DNA of 64,000 nucleotides from Chromera velia (Eukaryota): NCBI GenBank assembly GCA_018398765.1, contig JAHBMJ010000201.1, positions 62,001 to 126,000 of the forward strand, read 5' to 3'. Shown piece by piece: positions 50,727 to 64,000 of this stretch (position 1 is its first letter; each line of letters starts with the position of its first letter). The notes under the pieces were generated by a model. It saw only the letters and a program-made list of their open reading frames with translations, ran no database searches and was not told where the DNA came from. The position numbers and the translations under genes were made by a program.

Positions 50727-53700
50727 TTAAGGTGAGTGGAAATGACTTGAAAGAAGACAGGGCAGGTGGAACGCGCGCAACGAAAAGCTCTGGACATCCG
50801 ACGCTTTGATACGAGTCGCCAGATGAAAATCCGGATGGAAAGCCCCAACGCTTCTCCACAGAGGGGGAAGAGAAGCGCTGAAAAGCCTAAGCCCCCCGTC
50901 CCCTCCAGTCCCTGAATCCCCCCCCGGCAAACGCCCCCTTTCCTGTCCCTCCCCCCCTACGCCTTCAGATACCGGAACGCTCATGATCTTCGTGCTCTGG
51001 CTGCACATGCAACATAGATCCTGGGAGGTGTTCGAAAAAAACGGAAACCAAAGAAGAAAAGCAACCAGAGCCTGTCGACCCCTGCTCGCCGTCTCCTTTC
51101 CCTCCCCCGCCCCTGCCCTTGCCCTTTCGTCTGCTGCCGCCCTGCTGCCGAGGGGCTCTGCCAGAAAGTGCAGTCCCCGGAGAAGAGGGATGTCCAAGAA
51201 AGCAGAGAGAATGTCCCGTTCAATGGCAGAGGGGGAGGCTTCCAAAGCCAAAGAGGGGGCAGGGGAGGAAGGGGAAGGGGAGGAAGAAGTCGGACTGTGC
51301 TGCGGGGCGCTCCCTGCTTTTTTGGTGGTATCACTTTCTTCTGTAGCTTCTTCTTTCTTCACCTGCACCTCCTCTTTCACTTGAGAAGCACCCTGTCCCC
51401 CCCCCCCCCNNNNNNNNNNNNNNNNNNNNNNNNNNNNNNNNNNNNNNNNNNNNNNNNNNNNNNNNNNNNNNNNNNNNNNNNNNNNNNNNNNNNNNNNNNN
51501 NNNNNNNNNNNNNNNNNNNNNNNNNNNNNNNNNNNNNNNNNNNNNNNNNNNNNNNNNNNNNNNNNNNNNNNNNNNNNNNNNNNNNNNNNNNNNNNNNNNN
51601 NNNNNNNNNNNNNNNNNNNNNNNNNNNNNNNNNNNNNNNNNNNNNNNNNNNNNNNNNNNNNNNNNNNNNNNNNNNNNNNNNNNNNNNNNNNNNNNNNNNN
51701 NNNNNNNNNNNNNNNNNNNNNNNNNNNNNNNNNNNNNNNNNNNNNNNNNNNNNNNNNNNNNNNNNNNNNNNNNNCCCCTCCTGTTGTTGGGGACTTGGAT
51801 GCCGTCACTGGCACTGATCCCGCTACCACTACCGCTGTCTGTCCACCCCCCTGCTGTTGGCTGTTCGTGTTCGGCTTCTGCCCCGGAGGAGAGCGGAACA
51901 AGTCCTTCCTCCGGACAGGCCCGCACACCTTGAGGGTCTCCAGGATGAAGGGGGTCGGACCGGCCTCGGAGGCGGCAGGTGTCTGGAAGGGCTTTGTGCC
52001 GTAGACAACGTTGGAGTCTCTCCCTCTGTCATCATCAATCCAGGCAGAGGGAACGAAAGACAACTCAACAGTCAACACGGAGCCCTGCATGGATGGTGGA
52101 TGTGTGGAGATTGAGACAGACAACAAACGGGGTAGGCAGGCAGGCAGGCACAGAAGAGACATTCATTACGTGTAAGTGTTGACTCACTGTTTTGTATGGC
52201 ATAGGAATGGATAGCTGAGTAAATTGAAAGAAACGCTGTGGGTGCATAACTCGAGTATGTGGTGTGCGCACAGGAAGTAGAAGGAAGGACAACCGAGGAG
52301 TGCAAAAAATGCCGTTGAGGAGATCACAGCCTCTTTTTTTTGCTCCTGCCGGACAATTAATAATTGCCGGACAGACAACTCATCCATCCAGAATTTCGCA
52401 TGAAGAAAATTAAACGAACTGTTACATGAATTGAGGAGAGGCGACAGAGAGACCACAAAACAGGGAGGGCAACCGCAAACGGCCAGGCAGAAGAATTCCA
52501 CAAATCATATGAGTCCACAGGCAACGAGCACATGTGTGCAGACGGAAACGCAGAAGTTAAAAAGACACAGCCTCCATCAACCCACATATGAGGGATCGCC
52601 GATTGCGTAGGCCTGCAGAGACAGAAGCGGGGAGAGAGAACGAGAGTACGCCTTCCGAATACAAATCAGAGGGGAGGAGCGGAGAAGAGAAGAGAGACTC
52701 AATGGATGCTCAGTTGTCGTTCTCTTCGCAAACTTGGAAGAAAAGGAAAGGAACGACGCAAACAGCAGTGCCCGCCTGAAGGACGTAAGTGCAAAATGAG
52801 AGAACCATTCTGTCTCCCTTAGACGTACAAACGATATTTTCCTTCACACACCTTCCCACGCCCGCTGCCGGCCCGCTGACCTTCAACTTCATTCTCTCGC
52901 CTTCCATCCAGGTCTCTGTAAAGATTCGAAAAAGCTCCAAAGTGGCCAAATGCTGCAAAGACCAACGGCGAGACCGAGCAAGGAAATAAGACCATGACAA
53001 AGAAAACAGCTTCCCTCCCTAACTCCAAACAAACCTGCGTGATGAACGAGCGCACGTTCCCACACACACATCATTGCCTTCTCTTTTTTTTCTGCCCGCA
53101 AAACTAAGACAGGAACGAAACAGGGTGCAGCGACACAGACTCTCATGAAGCGACCCTATCGACACTGGGCCAGGAGGAAATCCAGAATTAAGAGAAGAAA
53201 GGTGCATTTGCCCTTGAAGAGAAGAGGTCAAACTCCATGCAGCTGCTAGCTCACCAAAGGGTTCTTCTCTGGTTTCTGGACAGACGATCCTTTCGAAGTC
53301 GTGGAAGCAGAAGAGGAAGAGGAAGACGGTTGCAGCAGGACAGGCGAACCTGCAGGGCCCTTTGGAAACCCCTGGGCCGACCGCAAGATGGCTTTCTGGA
53401 ACGCGTTCGATTCCTCTGCCACTTCGAAAGCTGCCGCCTCGATGTCCCTGCAAAACCAAAACAAGTCAAAGACATGAATGAGAACGGGAACAGGGAAATC
53501 ATTTCTACACGCAATCTCAGAGACAGAAAAGGGGGGGGGAAAGAGAAAAGAGACGGTAAAGACGAATACTCAGAATGAGACACTGACCGAAAAAAGTGAA
53601 TACATGGACGACTCGAATGAATAAACGCAAGAATGGATACATGGCGTGTAGCCTTGTTCTGCCACTTTCTCCGTTCTTCCTCGTGCCTCCACGGACAATC

Positions 53701-55808
53701 ATTTCTTTCTCCCGTCTTCCCACCCCGCCCTCATCAGGATTCCCTCACCACACAGGCAGATGGACCGACACACCCACCCTTTGTTCACTTGAAATCTCCT
53801 GAGAGCGAATGTCCCCTCATGGACAAATGAGGAGGAGGAGGTGCTGTCCTTCGCTGACTGCCCCCCTTTTTTGTCGAGGAATCCGTTCTTGTCCTCCTGC
53901 CCGGTGCCTCTTCCACTTTCGGCAGCGTAGTCTTTGAGGAGATCCTGGCAGGCCTCCAGCATCTCTGTGAGAGAAATCTGTAAACAGACGTCACATGAAC
54001 GCAGACACAAACATCCACGCACTCGGACAGTGGTCGAGCTTCTCTCCTTTGACTGTCATGCAGAGGAAAATTCTGTATAAGAGAGGCGCACTCAGATTGA
54101 TGACGGTAGGAAAGGAGCGAGGGCAGATGAGTGGGGGGCACAAACTTCAAAGTGGGGTGTGTGCCCATCGATGCACGATTGAGCTGACAGAATCTCCAGG
54201 ACGATCGGACTCTCTTCGTTTGCAAACCTTGAAACGTGCACACACCTCTCCGCGGAGAGGTCTCGCTTTGTTTCCCCCAAGCCTCCGCCGTCTCCCCTCC
54301 CTCCCTCACTCCCTTTCCTTTCTGACCTCTGACGGGAGCGGAGCAGCCTCAGGCATACTCATCCTCTCGAATGTCTCCCTCAAAGCCGTCGATCCCATGG
54401 CATCCTGTCTGAACAGCCCCAAGCCTCCCTCCTTACGGGACTTTTGCCATATTTCGACCCAGGCCTTTCTGACTCCCTCAGGCCCCCTTGCCACCGCTTC
54501 CTCCATCATCAACTGGCTGACGTGGGTGTGCAGAAGGAGGTCCTCGAGGCGTTGAATGCCTCCGCTGCAAAAAGAAAACAAGAAAAGGCATGTAGGAAGA
54601 AGGAAGGGATAACAAATTGAAAACCGGAGAGAGTCAAAAAACAGATGTTGAGGGGGCGGCAGGTCGTCGCGCTCTGACAGAAAGGGTGTGTGCGCAGACG
54701 CGTATTTATTAATACATACCTACCGCATGAATGCACGCCCGGTCGCAGGACTTGCAGTGTAGGCAAAGGTGCACACAAAAGGCGAAAAGAGAGAGAGGCG
54801 AAAGAAAGGAAAGGAAAGTTTGGACGGACCCTCGGTTGGCTCTTTGGTTGCGTCTGAATTCTGTCCAGGATTCCACTGCGTCTCTCTCTAGAAGGTTCCG
54901 GCTGCTCATCAGAGTGATAGGGGCGTGGGGTGGAAGAGGGAAAGCTTCCTTGTCCTTTTCACTTGAAGAAGACGAGGTCGAGGGTGCAAGTCTGTGCCTC
55001 TCGAAGGTGAGTGCCTCCTTGAGAGTCTCTGCGAGTGCATCCTGTGGATAGAAGAGTCCGTCGTTCAACAGAGACTCGAGTCGCACGAAGAGGGAAACCG
55101 CGTCAGGGTCTGCAGATGGATAGACACCCGGATGGGCGAATTGGCAAATGAAAAAGAAGACGCAGAATACACCCTCCCCCCCCCCCCCCNCCCCCCCCTT
55201 TCTCTCTCTCTCCCTCTCACACACACAGGGAGGGAGAGAGACACACATACACAGAGAGAGGGAAAGAGCGAGAGGGAGAGAACGGGAGAGACGAAGGCCC
55301 AACGGCGTCGATCAGGGCAAGTAGACGGACCAGACAGGGAGAGATCCGGAAAAGCAGGCTGGCTGGATAGACAGAGACACTGGCGTGTTGACAAACAAAA
55401 GGAAGGGACAGAAAAGACAGGACGACCAGTCAGCGACCGACCCCAAGGAAATACAAGATGCGGTGCAAACAGGTGAGAAGAAAAAGGTGCAGCTTACCGG
55501 GAACTCCCGTCTGTGCCGCCAGAAGAATTTTCTCGTATGCAGGTACAATCAGAGACTGCATCTCACCTAGCTGCACAAAAAGAGCAGAAGACGCGCGGAG
55601 AAAACTCATGCATCAAAAAGACAGGGAGATGGAGGCAAAATTAAAGGAATGGGGATGACGAGGAAAGAGAAGCCAGGCACAGAGAATCCGACCGACAGAC
55701 AATTTTCAGGAGAGCATTGCATCTGACGATACGCCGACTCCTTTCGGTGATTTTTGTTTCAACGTCCGGCTGGCGCAAACTGGCCAAATCTTCTACGCGG
55801 ATGTCCAT
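50727..55808 (-). CDS. Multi-exon hypothetical protein; both ends uncertain; spans an assembly gap
   Basis: Coding-like GT-AG-bounded segments: MDIRVEDLASLRQP (~55808), EMQSLIVPAYEKILL (~55560), DPDAVSLFVRLESLL (~55110), GIQRLEDLLLHTH (~54560), ISLTEMLEACQ (~53977), DIEAAAFEVAE (~53447), WSLQHLATLELF (~52970), FILETLKVCGPV (~51940), ERDILSAFLDIP (~51220). No family recognised. Confidence 0.65.
51410..51774. other. Assembly gap (365 N) flanked by poly-C
   Basis: Run of N. Confidence 1.
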
Positions 55809-56154
55809 CTTATCCTCTTGCCTTGCCTCCTTCTCCTACACACTGGATCGACCAAGCGCAATGGATCGATTGATAGTTTTCAGAACAGCCAAGCACCTCA
55901 GATAAGCAAAGCGCGCATACAGCGTTTTCAGAAGAGCTCACGTCGGGTGCATGGTCCCGTCTCCGAAGACGACACCGTACCGGTAGAGGACGAGACCCTC
56001 TGCTCCATTCACCCTGAAATAATTGACCTCCCGTTCGAGGATTTTTTGGGCCTGAGCGGGGACCTCTCGCTGGGTGGTGACACTATGGTGACACTGGTGA
56101 GAGGATGGGCACGAGAAGGACTCTGAGATGACTCTGAGGGAGACAGATTTTGGA

Positions 56155-56250
56155 CTCGCGGGGCCTCTCGGCCCGCGCGCAAGTGGGTCCGACCTCAAAC
56201 CGCGGCCCATGCATGCATCCCGCGCCCGCATGCATTGCCCGGCCGAGCAA
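56155..56250. promoter_or_regulatory. GC-rich block with CATGCATGCAT and GCATGCAT in the divergent promoter of the last two genes
   Basis: Motifs at ~56208-56236 between inferred starts 55808 (-) and 56735 (+). Confidence 0.5.
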
Positions 56251-56734
56251 AAAAAAAGGACTCTGACAGTGTTTCGCCAGACTGCCAAGGTTTACCAATG
56301 GTTTACCATCAAAGTCAAAGTTTGATTTCGATCCTGTCACTGGTCCTTTCGATCATCTGACATCTCTTTCCATATCAGACCGACAATCTCTCATTGAACC
56401 CTTCATATGTGCATATCATTGTCTCTCGTTCGAATGATCAGATGGTGCTTTCATGTCCTCTCTCAAATTTGAAACTTGTTGCGTTCACTGCGTCGTGCAG
56501 ACTGATCTTCGAAGTTTCAGTGAGTATATATCCGACAGGTCCTGTCTTGATACAGCAGCCCGACTGTATCCATCCGAAGGTCATGACCTCCAGACAGTTT
56601 TTTGCTCTTTCCCCGAGTCCCTTTTTGAATAACATCCGGGCCTTGTATCACTAATACAAGTACAGGTGCTCGCATGAATTACTATCCATGGTGTCGATCT
56701 GTTTCTCCCTCACAATGATTCCCTCGTCTTCACC

Positions 56735-59700
56735 ATGAACTTCGCTGAGTGGATAACGAGACTCAACGCTCTCAGCGACGAGCTCGAGTCAACCGACGCC
56801 CTTATTCGAGAATCGCAACAAAACCCGGCCACAGATGCACCCAAAGAGCCCCCCTCCCAACCCCTTCCATCCGAAACGTCTGCAGGGCATCCAGAGAGCG
56901 CAGCTCCGAAAGCGACAAGCCGCATCACACCGCCGCCTCCAGCAGCAGGGGGTCAAAGAGAGCCTCTTCGGTCTGCTCGAGAACTGGGAGCTCCAACAGA
57001 GCTGCGAAGCCCAAGAAGAGCCTGTCAGGATACCCTAAAACCTCAGCTACAGGCCCACCCCCCGTCTTTGAAGCCGTCTCCGATTCCCGTCTCCTCCTCC
57101 CCATCTTCTGCACAGCCGCACCCTCAGCCTGCACCACCAGCCCACCCCTCACACCCCGTAACCTTCTCGACCTCCCCCCCTCGTCGAGTGACCCCAAGAA
57201 AGGGGGACTGTGACCGAAGATTCAACCCCTTCCGACCTGCTCCTGCTCCCTCCCGCACTCATCCCACCCAACAACCACCCGCCGCGGTCCAACGGCCTTC
57301 CCCCCGTCGAGAGAATTCCTCCCCCCTTCCAGTCTCTGCCTCAATTTGGGCCTCCCAGGAATCGGAGACGGAAAATCCAACCGCCCTCTCCCCTCAGAAG
57401 GAGACGGAAAGAGAAAGGGAGGACGAGAGATCTCGGCCAGTCTCACCCCAGCAGCACCCGTCTAGGGACACACACAGGCAAACAGAGGGGGGGGAGGGTT
57501 CCTCCAGCTCCACGTCCCCTCTCAGGGCCTCTTTTCCTTCCCTCTCTTGTATGATAGAGCGTCTAGAGGGCCAAAGACAGGCAGCCCATGCGGACTGGGC
57601 CAAAGCAAGAGAGGCCATGGCGGCTTTTCGAACTCGGCGGGAGCGTCAGCACAACTCGTTGAAGCAGCGGATTCGCGAGGTAGAGCAGGAGTTCGAGAAG
57701 GAGACGGCGTCTCTGGCAAAGGAGAGGAGACGGGAGGAGCAGAGGAGACGGGATTTGAAGATGCAGACACGGCAGGTGGAGGGGAGGATCCGAAAGGACC
57801 AAGCAGAAAGGGAACTTGAGGCCTTGCCGCTTCCTTCCGGAGTTCCCTCTTCCTCTTCTCACTATGTCCTCGTTGTTGGGCCCACAGAGGAGAGCGAGGC
57901 GCCTGCTGTCCTCTCTCCTTTGAGGCAGTCCGAAGGCCCTCAGGCAGACGAGAAGGGGGAGATGGAAGGGGAAGTGGAAGAGAAGGAGGAAGCGAGGCTT
58001 TTGAACCAGGTAGAAGAGGAGAAGAGCGAGGTTGAGAAACTACGGCAAGAAGCGGCAGCGCTCCACTTAGCAAAGAGTCGGGCAAAGGTCAGCGAGTTCG
58101 TGAAAGCGCATAAGAGAAGAGACGCCTCGTTTATCTTCCCTCACCTTTTTGATTCTGTGTTGCTTGATCGAATGCCCGAGGATGGATTTTTTTTTTTTTC
58201 TGAGGGGATCTTGTTGCGTCATGTGGGGGAAGTGGCAGTTCTGTCGCTCTCCTGTGCAGTCTTATTTTTCCTTTAGGTGACTTTCCCTTTGACAGCAGCT
58301 CTGTCCAAAGCACGGACAGCATAGGGGCAGGCCCCTACAATCTGTGAGGTTTCTCTACTTGAACTCTTCCGGGAACTCTCTGTCCTGCATTGCAACCTTC
58401 CTTGTCTGGCAGGGAGGGCTAGAGGATGATGGTTAGAACCGCATGGCTGTGAGAACCAAACAGACAGACATTTTTGTTTGTGCAGGCTCGGCTTGAAGGG
58501 CTGGATGCGGCTCTGTCGGTTGACCTTCAACTGAAGGAAGTGGAGAGAGCGCTGAAGGAGGCGATTGCACGGACGAAGCAGAAACCGCCGAGCCGAACTG
58601 AAGGGCAGGGGGCGTCTTCCTCCTCTTCACCGGCGGCTTCGTTTGTTGAGTCTGGAGAGGAAGGCAGAGTGCAGGAGTTGTTGTGTCGTCTGTCTGTGAA
58701 GACGTCTGAGGTTCGGGCTGCGGTTCGAAAACTTGAGGAAGACTTTTCTTCTGCAGAGGCGGCTGCACGGAGACGGTCCGAGCAGATTCGGCACGTTGTG
58801 CAGGAGTTGGGGATGACCGTGCGGAAGGAAAACTTTTTGGCGACGCGCATTGAAAGGCAGGAGGAGAAGGATAAGGAAAAAGAAAGGGAAGAAAGGGGGG
58901 GGGCAGCGTTGGAGAGAGAGAAGGCAAAACGAGAAGCCATCGTGACGGAGCTGGAGGGAAAGCTCAGAACACTCGAGGTTCGTTCGTTCCTTCGTTGGGT
59001 TGGTGGGTGGATGGGTGGGTGGGTGGGTTGGCAGTTGGAATGTTGAATGGCTGGGTGTGTGCGTGTGTGGATTTGTCGTTGGTTGAATACTGCATGGGCT
59101 TTGCCAAATTAACTGGGAATCTTTTTATCGATATTTGTGTCTATTCATAAATCAAGCCACACATTCTCGCATGCATGTATGAAAGCGTCATGCGACTTTC
59201 TGGATTGTTCCCTTCTCCGTACCTCTTGCCTTGTCTCTTCTTGAATGCGCGTGTGCAGAAGAAAGTCCTGCAGCTGCCGCCAGGGAGCTCTCACGAGGGG
59301 GGAGAAAGGGAAGCACTCCAGCTCGCGCGATCATCGGGAGATGACAGGGGGCACCGGGGGACAGAGGGGGGACGCGCCGACCTGGCAGTGGAACTGCAGG
59401 CGGTGTCTGAAGAGTTGCGGGCTCAGCGTGCAGTTCTGTCTGATTTGATGAAGAGACAGCTGAATGGGGAGATGAGCGGGGAGGTTGAGAAGAGAGGGGA
59501 GAGAGGAATCGGGGCAGAGGGGGGGACACCGAGACATCGTAGGGAGAGAATGGAGAGTGCCCAACTGCACAGGAAGAAAGAGAAAGAGGCAGAAGAGAAA
59601 ATTGACGCCCTCGTCAGTCCTCCCTCCCTTCTTGTGTGCATGCATCTGCCTCCGCCTCCCTTCCTCTGTCTCTTTCTTACTTACTTACTTCCCTAGCTGT

Positions 59701-62700
59701 ACACACACACAGACACACACACACACACACACACAACACAGAGAGAGTGTGTGTGAGAGAGAGAGCTGTTCTCATTCTGCTATTCTGTTGTGGTGCTTTC
59801 CCTCCTGCAGCGATTCGAATCCAGATGAGCAAATTTGCGTGCTTCCGCGACCTGGGCATTTTTCTTGGGAGATTGAGAAAGTGCTTCTATTTTTTTTTCG
59901 GGAACTACCTTTATATTCGTATTTGTATGTTATCAATCTCATTCTCTTCTGTGCAGAAGCATGAAACCATAGCTCTCTCAGCTGTCAGAGAGGTCAGTGG
60001 GTCGGGGACAGAGGAGGAAACAGGGAAGGAAGGGAGACCACGCATGAGGACCCTGGAAGAGGTTTGCCTTCTCACTTCCGTGACGCATCGACCAAAGCCC
60101 GTGTCTGTCGCTTCCAGCATTCCCTGATGGATTATCTGATATCTGAGTGGGAGAGAGAGAAAGAAATATCGAAAGTTCGTGACTCGAATGTCCGACCCCT
60201 CTCTTCTCTTTTTGCTTCTCTGTCACGTTGCAGCTTCGTATTGTGGAGCTGAAGAAGGGAAGGGACGAATTGTCGAAACAGCTGGAGAACCTGAGCAGAA
60301 GGCGCACGCAGCTAGAACAACACCTTGCACAGATACGAAAGGAGAAAGAGCGACAGAGCTGGAAGTCAGTTGTCGATGCCTCTCTGCGTCAATGTTTTGC
60401 TTTCTCCGCTGCACAGTCTGTCTTCATTATTTGTCTTTCTTCGTCTAATCATTCGGCGACTCCTCTCTTTGCTTCCCCATCTCTTTCCTTTGTGTTCGTC
60501 GTCCACTCCCCAAAACTCCCTTTTCGTTTCTCCACATCCACTTTCTGTTCTGCCCATTGTCTCTTTATGTTCCCTCTTCCTGATTTTTATCTTCTGCGAA
60601 GTCTCCATCACTCCCCCCAAAATGCAACTCTGCGCCATCCATTGTTTTCGCGTCTGACAAGATTGTATTGATGTGTCTGCATGATCTCAGGGAAGTCTCC
60701 AGCCTGCGACGCAGACAGGCAGAGCTTCGTGCTGTTGTGGAGAGGGAAGTCGAGGAGGAAATCGCGAGACGACTGAGGAGAGGAGACGTGGACCCCCCAC
60801 CACTGCCTGTGCACTCAGGACGAAAAGCAGCCCCTCCTTCGTCATGTGTCACTCCGGCCAGCGATTCCCCCCCTCCTGGAAGGGAATCTAGGGGACCCTT
60901 GGGGAGGCTGCAGATGCAGTCACAGAGAGAGAGAGGGGCCCCGGCCTTTGGGGGGAGCAGTGAGCGCGGGCGGGCCCGGAGTCCAGAGTCACTGGAAGCT
61001 CGGAAGAGGAGGATTGAGGGGGTGTGTGCCTTATTTTCCAACCTGTTTTTCTTTGTTTGTTCAAGTCTCCTTCTTCTTTTGCCGCTTTCTGTCTCGAGTT
61101 CTATCCCCGTGTCCGTTTGATGGTGACACCTTTGCTTTTTTCTTTCTTTCTTTCTTTCTTTCGCTTTGTCTATTTCTTCTATTTTTCTTCGTTGTCTCAG
61201 AGAAGGCTGCATGGGGGGGGCTTCTGTTGGATGGAGGAAGGTTGACTGAAGGGACACGGCGTCAGGACTTTACTTTTGGGGGAAAATGTTCGACGTGTCT
61301 TCATTTTTGTCTTTTTCCGATTTACCCCTTTTTTCTCATGCAGCGCATCCGTCAGGAGCGCGCCCTCCTCCTGGCGGACCTGATCCCTCTCCGGGAGGCC
61401 CTGAGGGAGGCCGAAAATGCGGAGAGGGGGGCGACTTGTTCTGTTGAGGAGGCCCAGAAGAGACTGGAAGAGTCTGAGAGAGCGCTGAGAGAACATCAGC
61501 AGAGTCGTCGGGCGCAGACGCAACGAAGGGCTGCGGCGCAAGGGACCCGCATTCTTGCCTCATCAGCGCAGGTTCCGAAGGGGAGAGAAAGAGTGAGAGG
61601 AGGGAAAGGCAACAGCTCTCTCCACAGCCGTCGGAGCCCCTCAAGGAAAAGGGATCGGCAGTCAAACGGAGACGGAGACCGACAGGAGACGGCAGAGACT
61701 TTTGTCCACAGTGAGACAGTTGGTCTCTCTGTCTCAGCACACAGCCGGGGGGTTGCGTTGAAGGACAAAGAGGTGACCACGGTAGGGGGGGACGCGGACG
61801 GGGACCCGCAGTCCCGGTTGGAGAGGGCGAGGCGAGAGAAGGAGAGGGCGCTGTCCTCCTGTGAGAGGAGGCTTTTTGAGGTCCACCAGAGAGAAAAGTG
61901 AGTTGAGTTGCCCCATCACTCAAGGTGGTGGTTTGATTTATGTAGAGTGCCGAATTCATGCTTGTTAGTACGGCTGCGTTGTTGTCCAGACTGCGCTTCC
62001 TGTTACATAAGGAGCCTCGAGCTCTTCCAGAGGGAGAAAGAAGATGAAAGGCCCTTACATCTTGATTGCAAAAAAATCCAATGTTTTGTTTGTTTGTTTG
62101 TTTGTGTGCGTGAGAGAGAGAGAGAGAGAGAATTCCGATGCAGGAAGACCTTCATGGATTGATTGATGGCAATCGAAGAAATTAGTGAGAACAAGTATGG
62201 TCCGACTGCCTTTTTTTTTTTTTTTTTTCTATTTTGCTTTTTTGGTCTCGTGACTGCTCTGCACCCACTCAGCATGCAGGAGGAAAGAAGGCAGAAGAAA
62301 GAGTCCATGGAGGCCAGAAGGGGGAAAGGGTTTTGCACCGGTTCCCTATTTACATAGCTCGCCTTTCTTTCACGTGTTGTTTCTTTGCGCCCTCCTCTTT
62401 GCAGGGCCCTCCAGGCTTCCTTTGCGCCCCAACGGGAAGAAGCAGAGAGGGCTCTGAGGGAACACGAGAAGAAGACAGAGGCGCTGATGGTGCAGCAGCA
62501 GAAACAGCTGAACAAGAAGGTCTGTCTGTGAGAGCCCCTCTCTGCAAAAGAACGATGGACCGCACTAGATACGAGGGCGGTGTGAAGTCCGCGTGCAGCA
62601 GTTGAGACCTCTCCCCCACTGTCTTTTGCCTTCGATCCCATCCATTTCTCGCCGGTTTCTATTAGCCCTTTTCCCGTTGTATGCTGCCTACTTCCCCCCC

Positions 62701-64000
62701 TTGTCCTGTCCCTACTCTGTACATATGTGTGTATGTGTGTGTGTGTATGTCTGTGTGGATGAATTCTACCGATCCTTTCAGGAAGGGGAACTTGAGGAGG
62801 CCACCCGCCGGTTGGAGAGCCTCTCCAAAAAGCTCAACAGACCCCCACAACAACAACAACAGCCCCCCTCACCGTATGACCAGGAGAACAAGCGAGAAGA
62901 GGGAGGAAGAGAGCAACAAGCCACTCTCGACGCAGAGAGAAGCCGTCCAAAAGTAAATAGAAAGGCTCCAAAACAAGAGCCTCCAAGTCATCCGAACTGG
63001 GATGCACCCTCTTCAGCAACACTGCACGATGAGAACAGAGCAGCAACCTTCCAAGCAGCCGCAGCAGCAGAAGAAGAAACTCCTCCCGTTGAAATCTCTC
63101 GCAGTCTCGCCCCGGTACCTTCCCACACCTCCCAGAGATCGGTTGCCAGGGCTGCGGTTGCGGCAGCTGCGTCTCTTTCTGTCTCAATTGCCGCAAAGGT
63201 CGAGGAGGCAACACAGGACGCCACGGGGCGGGCGCACGGAGTGGAAACCTCTGCAGCTGCATCAGAAACCGCTCTTGCAAATGGCAAGGCTCCTCCAGAC
63301 GGAGCGCGGTCTCTAAAGCGGAATGGTCTGAGCACTCCGAGAGGAGCTCTCCCTTCTCGCTTCGGATGGAACCCCTCGACAAAACCCCCGAAGCCCGCAC
63401 CCCCAATTTCGCTTCTCGAAAAGCCCGCATCTGCCTACTCACCCCCTCCTGAGGCTTCCTCCTTCATCCCCCCTCCGAGGATCCAACTAAGGACGCGCTC
63501 CCCCTCCCCGTCTATGCCTGCAGCTGCGTCTAGGAGGCCGACGGTCAAACCGAACACTGCAATCCCCTCCGAGACCCACACTGCGTCTGCCGGGAAGGGT
63601 CGGGAAACGTCAGCGCCTCGTTTCCAACACAGCGCAAGGCGTCACCCCCCCCACCTTACCGCACTGGCAGAAGCTCCTGCTGTGTCGGCGGGGCCCTCTG
63701 TGAGCAGGGAGCGGGTCACCCTCAAAACGGGTGACCAAGCAAAGGAAACGGGTGTGCAGAGGCCAGAGAAGGCGGTAGACTCCTCGTTATCAGGGATCCT
63801 ACAGGAGTCTAGACCAGCTGTCGCCCCTGTAGTCTCCCCTCCCGTGGGAATGGAGGTGGAGGGGGGCACATGCGGTCGCTCGCCTTCCATCTCCAGAAGA
63901 GAAGTCCAGAGGGGTTCATCAGATCGGAAGGCACGAGGGAGGTCTGCAGGCAGTCGCAGTGCAACCGCGTCTCCTGAGAAGAGAGCTCGGACAGGAAGGG
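56735..64000 (+). CDS. Large multi-exon coiled-coil / Pro-Ser-rich protein, 3' end beyond the window
   Basis: First exon ~56735-58087 (MNFAEWITRL...), then E/R/K-rich heptad exons near 58486, 59258, 59956, 60234, 60691, 61344, 62405 and an open Pro/Ser-rich exon from ~62782 to the window end. Confidence 0.8.

Overview
Eukaryotic nuclear sequence with intron-rich, GC-balanced genes. The gene content, ApiAP2-type TGCATGCA motifs and microsatellite-filled introns suggest a chromerid alveolate such as Chromera velia; this is inference, not verified. About 11 protein-coding genes are supportable: an intronless secreted Cys-rich protein with an aegerolysin-like N-domain (4510-5208), a class 3 lipase (7191-11542, -), an intronless hypothetical (12214-13476), an AT-hook-like plus 14x CxH-x6-CxxC repeat protein (15061-16976), a 3-exon disordered protein (23914-25198), a protein with a HeLo/SesA-like N-terminus (34975-38776) converging on a degenerate NYN-like gene (38803-39993, -), a CDPK (42328-46065, -) head-to-head with a two-S1 ZCCHC17/pNO40 homolog (46727-49809), and a head-to-head pair of hypotheticals (50727-55808 -, 56735->64000 +). 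Gene blocks are separated by AT-rich, TpA/CTAG-rich islands made of transposon debris: a 2.5 kb foldback with a nested 9-bp-TSD insertion, three MITE-like elements and microsatellite-tailed repeat ends. The most interesting signals are: (i) the foldback arms diverge almost only by C/T and G/A transitions, mostly outside CpG, plus microhomology-flanked indels, a possible RIP-like repeat-erosion system outside fungi; (ii) a candidate secreted aegerolysin-like toxin inside such an island; (iii) the HeLo-like/pseudo-NYN convergent pair. All exon models, domain calls and counts were made by eye.
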